Source of the DNA: Jimgerdemannia flammicorona
Taxonomy: Eukaryota
Reading direction: 5' to 3'
Assembly (NCBI GenBank): GCA_003990765.1
Contig: RBNJ01000003.1
Location: 1-64,000, forward strand
DNA length: 64,000 nt
Positions 52,518-64,000 of this stretch are shown here, piece by piece (position 1 is the stretch's first letter; each line of letters opens with the position of its first letter). The notes under the pieces were generated by a model. The model was not told where the DNA came from. It did not search any database and saw only the letters and a program-made list of their open reading frames with translations. The translations under genes were made by a program, and so were the position numbers.

Positions 52518-52948
52518 TTAGTCATCATCCCAGTGGGGATAAGCATCATCTGCATCTATTCCTGTCCCATCATCTTTATCTAAGCTGCAGTCACTCCATT
52601 CTAAGGGTTCTTCTTTTTCTGGGGATAGGATTTCAACTTGATGAATGATGCTGAGATAGGTAGATTGGTTCATTCATTATATATCTCTGAGAGAAAACTG
52701 TGCCTGTCCCAGGGCTGAGAGATTTCTTTTGAAGATTGTGTACAGTCTGTCTGCTGCAGTGGTGTTCTTTCTGCTCAGACCAGTGGTGCCACAGATATGG
52801 ATCACATCCAGGGTGGATAGGTTCTGCATCAGTTCTCCAATTGCATAGTGGGCCTAATGCTGATGGATTTGTAGAAGCCTTTCTGCCAGAATGAGGTTTT
52901 CTTGGTGATTTCAGATCTTCTGGATATAAGTTCCATTGGGTTCTTGGA
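52518..52948 (-). pseudogene. Gypsy C accessory ORF3, N-terminus deleted
   Basis: Reads QEPNGTYIQKI...HYAIGELMQNL...AADRLYTIFKRNLSALGQAQFSL...YPHWDD*. Confidence 0.72.
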
Positions 52949-54136
52949 ATACTTCTCCAGACTAATACTTGATCTCCAATCTTGATCTTCTGATCCTTCT
53001 GCTTTTGGTCATAGTACTTCTTCTGTCTTTCTTGAGCCTTGATTATCTGGTCTCAGACTTGATTATGTAACTGTTCTGCCTTTTTGAGGAGGCCTCCAAG
53101 TTCTCATGGTCAGCAGTTCTTATCTTCTTGGCAAACATCATCTCAAATGGCTTTTGTTTGGTGGAGGCAGTAGGGGTATTTCGAATTTCCCATAGGATCT
53201 CAGATAAGCAGAGGTTCCAATTGGTAGGATTGACTCAGGCAAGTCCTTTCTTGATGGTCACATTCATTCATTCAGTCATGCCATTAGTCTGGGGGTGGTA
53301 TGATATAGTCCTTTTGAGGTGGATCTTGTGAATTTGGGCATAACTTGTGATTATATTGTTGATGAATTCTGTGCCCCAGTTAGAGATAAGTTCTTCAGGG
53401 GGTCCATATCTGAGGGTCAGACCATGGAGGAGGCCAACAATGGTCAGGGCATCAGCAATTTCCATTGGGAAAGCTTCAGGTCATTTGGTCAGATGTTCAA
53501 CAAATACTAGGATATATTTGTTCCTTCTTGGTATCACTGGTAGTGGTCCAATAATGTCTACTCCCCATCTCTGAAAGATGTTGTCTGGTGGTTTGATTGG
53601 CTGGAGTGGTGCTTGATAATTCTTTTTTCCTTGGTACTTCTTTCAGATATCACACTTCTTGAAAATATCTCTAACTTGTGCTTGGAGAGTGGGCCAATAT
53701 TGATATGTTACTCACAGCTTTTCTTTTACATTTGATTGTCCTAGGTGGGCCTTCTGGTGTTCATTTTGGATAAGATCTTCTTGTGCCTTGATGGCTTGAG
53801 GAGCTTCCTTCAGAGTGTAGTTCCTCAGGACACCCTTCTTCTGGTTCATTGGGGCTGGTGGGAAAGCACATCTACATTGTTGTGAGCTTTCCCTGCTTTA
53901 TGAATGATGGTGATTTTGTAATCTTGTAAGATAAGAATCTAGCAGGCCAAGATTCCAGAGGGATCCTTACAGTTGAATAGCCATTTGAGAGCAGCATGAT
54001 CAGTTATCAAAGTGAATCTTTTTCCAATAAGGTAGTGCTTGAACAAGGTTACTGCCTATATGACTGCAAGGCATTCTAGTTTGGTGCTGCCATAATTGGC
54101 TTGTTGCTGATTGGTAGCTCGACTTGTATAAGCTAT

Positions 54137-54162
54137 TTTTTTTTTTTTTTTTTTTTTTATAG
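54137..54162 (-). mobile_element. Minimal LINE TPRT insertion (CTAT + poly(A)) in Gypsy C RNase H
   Basis: T-run + ATAG flanked by the 18-bp duplication TCGACTTGYATAAGCTAT (54119-54136, 54163-54180). Confidence 0.85.
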
Positions 54163-55711
54163 TCGACTTGCATAAGCTATCACATGGTATAGGCCATCTG
54201 ATTCTTCTTGGGCTAGAACTGCACCAAGACCATCTTTGGAAGCATCTGTGTACAGGATGAATGGCTTTTATAGGTTGGGTCGCACAAGGATGGGTGCTGT
54301 TGTCATTTTGTGCTTGAGTTTCTTGAAGGCTTGTTCTTGGGATTCTGTCCACTTGTATGGCACTCCTTTCTTGAGAAGGGCTTGGATTGGAGTGGCAATT
54401 TGAGCAAAGTTCTTGATGAATCTTCTATAGTAGGACACTAGTATCAGGAATGATAGTGTTTCTTTTGGGGTCTTGGGGACTGGCCAGTTGTTGATCTTTT
54501 CGGTTTTCTTCAGGTCTGCATGTGTTCCTTCTTTTGAAACTACAAATCCAAGGAATTCAAGTTTCTGTTTCCTGAAGTAGCATTTCTTGGAATTGAGCCT
54601 CAGGTGATTCTTACAGGTGAGCATGAAGAATTCCTCTAGGTGCTGCAGATGGTCTTTGAAATTTGTTGAGTAGATGTTGGAATCATCCACATAAATGATC
54701 AAGCATTTGTGGATCAGTGGGGCATATACTGAGTTCATCATTCTCTGGAAGGTGGGTGGTACATTGCAAAGTCCAAAGGGCATTCGGGTATATTCAAACA
54801 GTTTTGCTAGGGTAAGGAAAGTGTTTTCTGGATATCTTTGGAGTCCATAGAGATTTTGTGGAATCCTGCAAAAACATCCATACTGCTGAAGTATCTGGCT
54901 TCTTATAGTTAATCCAAGAGGTCATCAATCTGGGGCAAGGGGTAAGTATCTTTTTTGGTGATTGATTTGAGCTTCCTATAGTCTATACAGAGTCTCCATC
55001 CTCCTTTCTTGAGTACAATAAGTATAGGGCTAGCCCATGGGCTGGTGGAGGGTTGGATGACTCTATTGTCTAAGAGTTCCTGAATGTGTTCCTTCTCAAA
55101 TGTTTTCAGATAGTGGGGTATTCTATAAGGTTTCTGTCAGATGAGTGTTGCATTTCCTGTATTTATACTGTGGTGATATAATGGATTGTATGGCAGGTTG
55201 CCATAGTCTGTGATGAAGATGTTCTGATATTTATGCAAAAGTTCTATCAATTGTTGTCACTGCTGAGATGTCAATTCTTCTCCAATGTTGGTGGAAGGCT
55301 TTACTTTCTCCTGGGTCGCAGAGGGGCCTTTTCTTTCTTCTGGAACCTTTTGCCATTTCCCGATAGATTCAATTCATAGACCTCTCAGTATGCTCAGTTG
55401 AGATATGGTACCAGATATCCTATGATGGTTCCTTTTGGCAGAATGATGTTTCCCCAACTTTGGTTGGTTGCTCGGGAGTGCACTGGATTCATCTTATCTG
55501 GGAATGTGTGTCCTTCTATTTCCAATCCTTTGATGTCTTCAATGGGTTCAAAGAAAAGATTTCTGGGGTCAGGTGGGGCAAAGATTTCGAAGGTTGTTTG
55601 CTCCCCTGGTTCCAGAATGACGTTTTTGTGCACTCTGACTGGTTGGTAGAGGTACTTGCTGGGGGGCATTTTCTTTGAAATGGTTGATCTGGAGAAGGTG
55701 TACTTCTTTCT

Positions 55712-56084
55712 TGTCTGAGCTTCCAAATCCTTTGGTTTGTCTTGTTCCTTGCATCAGTTCACGAACTTCTTGTAGCTGGGGAGTCTTGGCCTTCATGAAG
55801 ACTGCTTGTGCAATTCTTTGTCCTCTGAAAATTCAGTACCATTCAGTACTACCATTCTTCAGGATAATCTTGATTTCGCCTGTATATCCTGGGTCTATGG
55901 TTCCTCCTTCCCCAGTGATTTCTTGCTTGGCTAGCCCAGACCTTGAGGTCAATTGGATGTAAGTTCCTTTGGATGACTGTATGGCTAGTCCAGTTCTGAA
56001 TACTACAGTTCTTTCAGGTTTGATTGGTTGATCCTGCAGACTATAGAGGTCATAGCCTACATCCTCCTGGTGAGGGTGCGGCAA
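55712..56084 (-). pseudogene. dut: dUTPase domain within Gypsy C pol
   Basis: All five trimeric dUTPase motifs: VGYDL, SRSGL, GTIDPGYTGEI, GQRIAQ, RQTKGFGSSD; one internal stop. Confidence 0.92.
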
Positions 56085-59000
56085 GACATATTGGGCAATA
56101 TCTTTGCTCAGTTTCGGCTATCCATGTGCTGAGGCTCCAATGGTGGTAAATCTCCATGCTCTGATATTGAGGTGGGGCCATCTGGCTCCAGTGGAAGGGT
56201 CTTGGATGTAGTTGATTCCTCTTTTTCCCATTGGATCTAGGGCCTCCATGAAGTTGATAGCATCATCTAGCATTCCTTTACAAGTTGTATGTCTGATTAA
56301 GGCCAGGATATCTTCTCCTAGATCATAGATCATGAGGGTCTTCTTTTTTGGCTTTTTTGACTTTTTTGTGTCTGCATTCTACCATCTCCTCTCTTCAGTG
56401 TATGTACAGCAATATCTTGGCTAAGATGGATCTTCTGGTGGCAGCAGTTTCTGCTATCTGGGTGTCTTCCATGGCTGCAATATTCCATTGCTTGAGAATG
56501 TGACTCCCGATCAGTAATTTATTTTTGTTTAGGAAATCGATATCTTTCTTCATCATAGATTGGAGGCATTGTCATCAGGGGCTGGATTTCTGTTTGGACA
56601 AACATATCATGTCCAATAGCTCATTCTTTCAAACATGAGGTTGCTTGTTGAAAGGTAATTAACTAGGCAATTGTCATTGAGACTCTTGGTCACACAGGTC
56701 TCTGTCTTTCTTATTGATCCAGTAGGTAGCATTCATAGCAGTAGTCTTGAGGAGAGTGGAAGGTCATTTGATATTGGTATCTTCCTACCCGAAAGGCTTT
56801 CTCTTGGTATGTTTCTTGCCTTTGGATAATAGGGATTGTACTTGGTCCTTCTTCAATATTCCAGGGCTCATTATCATCTTCGGGTGGTGTCCAGTGGGGA
56901 TCATCCCAGGGGATGAGTTCTGGTGGTTCTTCCTGTTCAGGGACCTCTTGTTTAGTTGCTTCTTCTTCTTGTTCAGACACTTCTTCTTCAGATGATTCTT
57001 GATCCCAAATCACTTGTACTTCTGCTGCTTCATCTGTAGGTGTTTTTGGAAGATGATTGCACTTCTTCTTCTTTCTCCTGCACTCATAGCAGGCTGTGTC
57101 AGGTGATTTTCGGGTTCCAATGATCTTGGATGAGTGCTCAGGGCACTTGTGTCTCTTGAGGCATATAGGGCATCCTTTGATCTGTCCTGTGATGGCTCCA
57201 ATAGTGACAGGGATAGTGTCCTTGGCCCATACATTGTCTTCTGGCCTGTCATTTACTAGGTTGATTTGTGGGCTAAGTCTGGGATCATTTCCATCTTCAG
57301 ATTCTTCTTCCTCTTCTGTAGTGGATTCTTCACTGCTGGCATATTCCTCTTGAATGATAACCTTCTTTTTCTTCTTTGACTGTTCATAGCTAGTGACCTT
57401 CATTCTGTACTTTTTTCCTCTGTAGTCGAATTTGAGGACTTGTTGGCCAATGTCTATGACTGCATTCATTTCCTTCATCCAATTTGTGTCTAGGATCATA
57501 TCATAGGTGATAGCTTCAGTGATAACAGCTTTTGGGATTGAGAACTGAATATGTCCTAGAGAGATGGTGATGTTTCAGACTTCTCCAAGGGGATGGGTTT
57601 GGACTCCATCTGCTACTATGATGTTGAGATTGGATGGTCCATCAATGGGTCATTGGAGGCTGTCCAGGAATCATTTGGAGATCACACAGATAGCTGCTCC
57701 TGTATCTATGAGGATTTTCGCCTTTTGTCCTCCAATATTTCCATGCAGATATGTGCTGACATGTCTTTCTACAGCTTGGATAGGGGTGGGCTCTTGCTGT
57801 GGGATTGGGACCCAGCCAGTGCTAGACCTTGTGGTTCTCAATAATTTGTTTTGGACTCCAGTAGGTGTCAGTTGCAAGAACTGCAAGAGAGGAACTTCCA
57901 TCTTGGCTTCTTGAATCTTTTGCCAGGCTTCATCATAGATATCCCTGGGCATGGTCTTTGGGGTGTACTTCTTCTTGGGCTTTGGAGGAGTGGGTTTTTG
58001 TTCCATTTCTTCATCTTCTGCAGGCAGTTCACTTGTTTTGGGGATTAAAGGTGAAGGTGACTGAGGAGGTGTTTCAACTTGATCCTGTTTGTCGTCCTCC
58101 TCTTCATCTTGAATGATTCTTCTGCTGGTATTCCTATAAGGCCTTCCTACTGGTCTCTTTTGTTTTTCTGCTAGATATACTGTCTTTCTGCTGATGACCT
58201 TGGCTGAGTATAGATCTAGGTCACTGTACTCTTCTTGGTCACTCTCTTCAAAATCTTCAACAGGATGTACTTCTGTCTTTTTGTACTGGGTTTCATTCCT
58301 TCAGTTTGGTGGTTCAGAGCTCCTTCAGTCATTTCTTTTGTTGTCACATTCTGTGGCATAATGTCCAAATTGTCCACAGTGGAAGTATTGGACTTGGGCT
58401 CTGTCTTAGATAGGATATCTTCTTTCTTCTTAGTAGCTCCTGTTGTCTCTGGGGTAGTCCTGGTTCCTTCATGGTTGATATCCCCTGTTGTCTGGCAGAT
58501 AGTTCCGATTTTCACATATGGTGTGTTTTTCAATCTGACCCACCAATTGGTCTAGTTTTGAGTTGAGATCTTGGATTTCGTTTTTCTCCTTCTTCCACTC
58601 CTTGGCTGGCCTTCTTTCCTTGGATCTTTCTTGTCCTTAAAGGAGTCCTTGCAGGGCTTTGACCAGAATATCTTCTTTATCTTCCTTTTTGTCATGATCA
58701 CTCCAGGTAGTTCCTTGCCTGACATCAAAGAATCCTTGGACTGCATCTACTTGCTCTTCAGACCTTCTGATGCCTAGGGTGTGGATATGCTGGGCAATAT
58801 TTGGGGGAATTCCATTCATGAAGATCATTGGACCTATGATGTCTTGGTTGGTGGCATTGAATCTGACAGAATGCATTCTCTTCTGGATTCTTGTAAAGAA
58901 GGCTCTGGGTGATTCTCCAAGATTCATCTTCATTCCCATGATGGATTTCTGAGCCTTGTGACAGGTTTCATTTCCTGCATATTTTTTGATGAGCCAATGG

Positions 59001-59798
59001 ACCATGGCTTCATATTCTAGCCCATCAGACATTGCTGCTTGTATCTGTCTTGCTAGTTCTGAATCTCAGTTGTTTGCTATTCGATGGAAAATCCCTCTGG
59101 CTGGTTCTCTGAGCTGAGCTTTGTAGATAGTGATTTTTCTTTCATTTGAGAGATTTCTCAAGACTGCAATTCCTTCAATTCCATCAAGGAATTCTCTGGG
59201 GTCTTCCTCCAGGTATCCTGGCAAAGGTTGGCAATGAGGTGGCCATTTCATCATCACTTTCTTCTGATTCTGGTTCAAGTTTGGATTCTGATTCACTTTC
59301 TGAACTATCACTAGAGATGGGGGTGCTTAGGTATCTTGAAGATAGTGTTCTGGTTCTTGGACAGAGTGGAATAGGCCTAGGTATTCTTATAGGAGCTACT
59401 TCTAGTCCTACAAGAGATTGTGGTAGGAGTTCTATTGGTGAGATTGGTGGGACTGGTGTGGGCTGTCTGGCTGTATAGTATTGGATCCATGTGATGAGGT
59501 CTTCTAGTTCTTGTATGAGTTCTCCAAAATCTCTAGCAGGGCTGCCTGTATTGTCTGGTTGATCTGGTTGTGGATTTCTGACTGTACTGCCTCCTGCTTC
59601 TGATTGGGATCCTTCTGATACTGAGTAGTTGGTAAGTCTTGAGGTGATTACTCCTCTTTCTGTCCAAATGCTAGTAATAACAGATTCTTCTGTAGTGGCA
59701 GAGGTTGGTGTTGTATCAAATGTATCCAGTTTGACTGTGGGTTCTTGTGAGCTGAAAAGTCATATCAATTTTGAAATCTTCTCAGTTGAGTTCCCAAA

Positions 59799-60778
59799 TA
59801 TAATGTGCCCAGCTCAATAGAGGCAAATTACAAGGTTGGGGGATGTGTGAATTTGGCTTGAGCCCCCAGTTACTTTGTTTAAAAGCAACAAAATATTCTA
59901 AGATTCCTGAAGTCTTTTGGTATTTAGTGGTATAATAGTCAAATCTGGATATGGCAGTTAATTGTATATCAATTGCCTAATTGGGTTGGTTCTCTGAGTG
60001 TAGTGGTGATTTGTGTGTAAATAGGATTCCCCAATTAGGTCAACTGGGAATTCCTGTATAGCGCGACAATCTCTTGTTGACTGAGAATAGGTGGATAATT
60101 TGTGTAGCATGAGCAGTTTTCTTCTTTAACTGAGAATGTGGGTGATTTGTGTAGTATGATGATCTCCAAAAGTAGACGATTACTGGGTGACAGTGGATAA
60201 CTTGGGCAGATTCTTGGCAAAGTTATGTTAAAGACTGGCTTTGTGGCAAAATTCCTAAGGTGGCAGATTTGAACTTAGATAGATTTCTCTTCAAATGACA
60301 GCTCTTCTTGAGTGGCGGAATTTGGATTCTTCAGGCTTGTAATTTCTTAACAGTGGCTCATTGGCAGGTTTCTCCTCCTAAGTGTACCAGACAATTGACT
60401 TTTGCATTTCAAGCTTTCAAACTCGAACTTTGTATCGGAAAGTGAACCAGAGTGGGAAAGGAAGCTCCTGCTTTTTGATTTTGAACTGAGGTTTATTCAC
60501 TCTAGCTTCTGGGGTAATTTATACAAGTTGGTTGCTACATATCTGGTTGCTATAAGGCTAACTATAGGCCTGCTATTTCCAGTAATAGTGTTCCACTTGG
60601 GATAGGTATTCTACTTGGAACAGGTGTTCCACTTGGGACGAGTGTTCCACTTGGAACAGGTGTCCCACTTGGGACGAGTATACAGATTTAATATTTGGGT
60701 TAATTAAAAGTGGGTAACTAGATAACTATATTTATGCTGAAAGTTCGTGTCATCTGGTTATGTACTTGGCTCGTCACA
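59799..60778 (-). repeat. Gypsy C 5' LTR
   Basis: Direct repeat of 51460-52477; adjacent PBS; ends GTCACA+ATAT. Confidence 0.93.
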
Positions 60779-62567
60779 ATATAGATAAGTATAAGATATA
60801 TAAATAAGAGAGAATCTTATTTATATGTGAAACTCAGAATCTAGAAATATGTAAAAAACTGATTAGTAAAAAATATGAATGAAAGAATATAAATAAAAAA
60901 AAAACATAAATAAAAATGAAAAATTTTAATAAAAAGGAAAAAGTATAAAAAAGAGTATAAGGTATAGTATAATGCCATTGAGGCTTAAGAGCATAGGAGC
61001 TCTTTCCTCTTATAATTATTATTCAGATCTCTCATTCTATAAAACTCAATTTGGAATATCTGAGAATACCCTTTAGATCAATATCACAATAATATAAGTA
61101 GTTTCTGATCTAGAAGATAGGTGGTAAACTATTTAGGCCAAAATTGTGAGAGGTCTAGAAAAATTAGAATGTGAAATACAGCCCACCAACTATTAATTGT
61201 AGCTTGTAATTTAAGACAACAGAATACTCCTATAGAGTAGAGTTTTAAAATATAAATGCTAAGTAGAATATATATAAATAGGATCAGCATAGTAGAATAT
61301 ATATGAGATCTATATGGTAGAATATAAATGAGACTATATAATAAAATTTAAATGAGATCTACATGATTTATATAGATTCAAATAGGTATAGAAGAATAAT
61401 ATAAATAGATATAGAAATATAAGATATATATCTTAGTAAAATGACATTTAATTTCAATAATCTTAGACTTGTTTAAAAGCTCTGAATTGTGAGTGATTTT
61501 CCAATAAGCTCAAGAACTTCAAAATCAGATATCATTTCATTGAGTTATCGTCATATATATCAAATAAATTGAAGGAGTCCAAACTCATAGGCCACTAATA
61601 GGCTCCAGATATTAATTGTTTAAGTAATTCTACTATGTTCCCTGCTCCATCTCTAGAACCTAAACTAGTATGGTATATTATTATTAAAGTCTATAGTAGT
61701 TGTAGCAATTATAAATTCAGCTTTGGATATATAATCTCAGTCTAGGTAAATGATTAGATGATCTATTTTGGTTGGACTAACTCAGTAAGCCAAAGCAACT
61801 ACTCTGATGTATAGAAACATAATCACACATCCTTTTTTCTATATATACTCCTCCTCTCCTCTCTTTATATCTGATATTTATATATTTCATCTATAGCAGC
61901 CCCCCTCTTAATATCAAGGTATATTTAGTAGACAATCTTATATTTTTATATTCATTCAAACAATGAGACCAGTAAGGAGCTTGTGTTTCTGTCTTGAATA
62001 TATATACTATCTTTTAGTATTTTGGCATATTTTTGCTTACATATTTATTTTACCATTTATATTGATATTATTAAATACTACCACAGTTTAATTTCTTTAT
62101 GAATTATAATTTGTTATTCTTTAAAATATATTCAGACCTTCTACTATTATAGAGTACTTAATAGTATGAACTAAATAGGTTGCAAAAAAGTCAATATTGG
62201 GCTAGCTGGCTGAGGAAGCCTGAAAACTGTTCTCAATCTTACATCTACTAAGACCAGACCTATACCTTCTACAAAGATATCTAGACATACTAATACAAAC
62301 TTCAAAATCTGTACAACTATTATAATGATTTCACCAGTATTTCAGATATATTATAGAGAGAGAGGGGGGTTTCTATTCTTCAATTCTATTTTTTAAATAG
62401 ATTATATATTATATCTGACTATATATCTGTCTCTGATTCTATTCTTTGATTTCTATCTTTTTTGATAGGTTATATATTGTGTCTGAACTGAAGATTATAA
62501 GAGGGAGTTTCTATATTATATTTGGGATTAGCAGATATCTCTATGACTGGAGATATCTAACTATCTT

Positions 62568-63760
62568 ACTATATAGTTAGTAAATATCTCTGTGACTATA
62601 GCCATTAGACTATATAATTATATATTATTTCAATTTATTCTTCTGGTCAGTAAATATCTCTATGACTGATGCAATTTATGATCATTTACTATATAGTTGA
62701 TGAATGTCTCTATAACTATAACTGTTAGACTATACAATTATATATAATTTCAATTTAGTCTTCTAGTTAGTAAACATCTCTATAACTGATACTATTTTAC
62801 TATATAGTTGGTAAATATCTGATTGCAGCTGTTAGATTATATAATTATATATTATTTTATTTATTCTTCTAATCAGCAAACATCTCTGAAACTGATACTA
62901 TTTATGATTATTTACTATATGATTAGTAAATGTCTCTGTAACTATAGCTATTAGACTATATAATTTATATATAACTATTTACTATATGGTTAGTGAATAT
63001 CTCTATGACTGCAGCCATTAGACTATATAATTATATATCATTTCAATTTATTCATCTGATTAGCAAATATCTCTATAACTGATGCTATTATAACTATTTA
63101 TACTATAGGGTGAATGTCTCTATAACTGTAGCTGTTAGACTATATAATTATATATCTTTTCAATTTATTGTTCTGGTCAGTGAACATCTCTGTGACTGAT
63201 ATAATTTATATATAACCATTTACTATATAGTTGGTGATTATCTCTATAACTATATCTATTAGACCATATAATTATATATCATTTCAATTTATTCTTCTGA
63301 TCAGTAAATATCTCTATAACTATAGTTATTAGACTATATAATTATATATCATTTTAATTTATTCTTCTGGTCAGTGAATGTCTCTGTAACTAAAGTAATT
63401 TATATATAACCATTTACTATATAATTGATGAATATCTCTGTAAGTGCAGCTATAGATCATATAATTATATATTATTTCAATTAATTCTTCTGGTCAGTAA
63501 ATGTTTCTTTAACTAATGCAATTTATGACTATTTATGATATTATTGATGAATATCTCTATAACTGTAGCCATTAGACTATATAATTATATATTATTTCAA
63601 TTTATTGTTCTGATCAGTGAAAGCCTCTATGACTGATACTATTTATAACTATTTACTATATAGTTAGTTAACATCTCTGTGACTGTAGCTATTAGACTAT
63701 ATAATTATCTATTTTTTTATATTTATTCTACTTGGTCAGTAAATGTCTCTTTGACTAAAG
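62568..63760. repeat. Tandem array of ~120-bp dimeric units (~10 units)
   Basis: ACTATATAGTT... recurs at 62568, 62688, 62799, 62914, 62981, 63102, 63222, 63415, ~63535 and 63655; each full unit has two copies of the core GTRAATATCTCTRTRACT. Confidence 0.88.
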
Positions 63761-64000
63761 CTTTTATATTTATTTATTTTATTATATTATATTTTCCAAA
63801 CCACTATATTTTTATACAAATCTTACAAGTTGGTCATTACTGTTTTATTATTTCTGCAATATTCAGAGATCTTGGACTATTGACATTGAATATATCTATA
63901 GTACCATATGCCATCTGTGTAAGATAGATGGCTATATTCTAGAAGAATACTAAATTGACAACTGTTCTAATACTGTCTGTATTGAGAATGATCAAAATCA

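Larger units (their letters stand above)
51460..60778 (-). mobile_element. Gypsy C: full-length decayed element, same family architecture as B
   Basis: LTRs 51460-52477 and 59799-60778; ATAT TSD at 51456-51459 and 60779-60782; protease ILIDTGAA (ORF 57671-58006); RT YVDD (ORF 54268-54783); integrase YHPQTNG (ORF 53268-53465). Confidence 0.95.

Noticed and set aside
61840-62520. Inverted repeats (CCCCCTCT / AGAGGGGG blocks) as TIRs of a DNA element
   Set aside because: Block order does not fit a simple inverted pair and no TSD was found.
62568-63760. CRISPR-like array (constant core with intervening segments)
   Set aside because: Intervening segments are themselves repeated rather than unique spacers; no cas genes; eukaryotic context.

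Overview
Eukaryotic, fungal-like DNA that is almost entirely a nest of decayed transposable elements. It is strongly CpG-depleted and increasingly TA-rich in the older layers. The window holds two full-length Ty3/Gypsy (Metaviridae) copies of one family (24100-34088 and 51460-60778, minus strand), a third dUTPase-bearing Gypsy (5986-13148), older Gypsy and chromovirus fragments, a 2.3-kb solo LTR (21047-23349), two full-length Ty1/Copia copies (18865-36404 plus strand, split by two insertions; 40840-45944 minus strand), several L1/Tx1-like LINE pieces with poly(A) tails, a hAT-type MITE (1162-1772) and a ~120-bp tandem array (62568-63760). The only non-TE-looking island is a CpG-retaining stretch (~39440-40500) carrying a spliced minus-strand gene with two ~82-bp GT-AG introns. 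The most interesting signal is in the Gypsy lineage. It carries a five-motif dUTPase, an unexplained Cys-rich insert between protease and dUTPase, a tRNA-Pro-like PBS and a 4-bp ATAT target duplication. It also carries a conserved non-env accessory ORF that sits just before the 3' LTR in some copies and inside the LTR in others. No TE coding region is intact. All alignments were made by eye, and boundaries not marked by TSDs or LTR ends are approximate.
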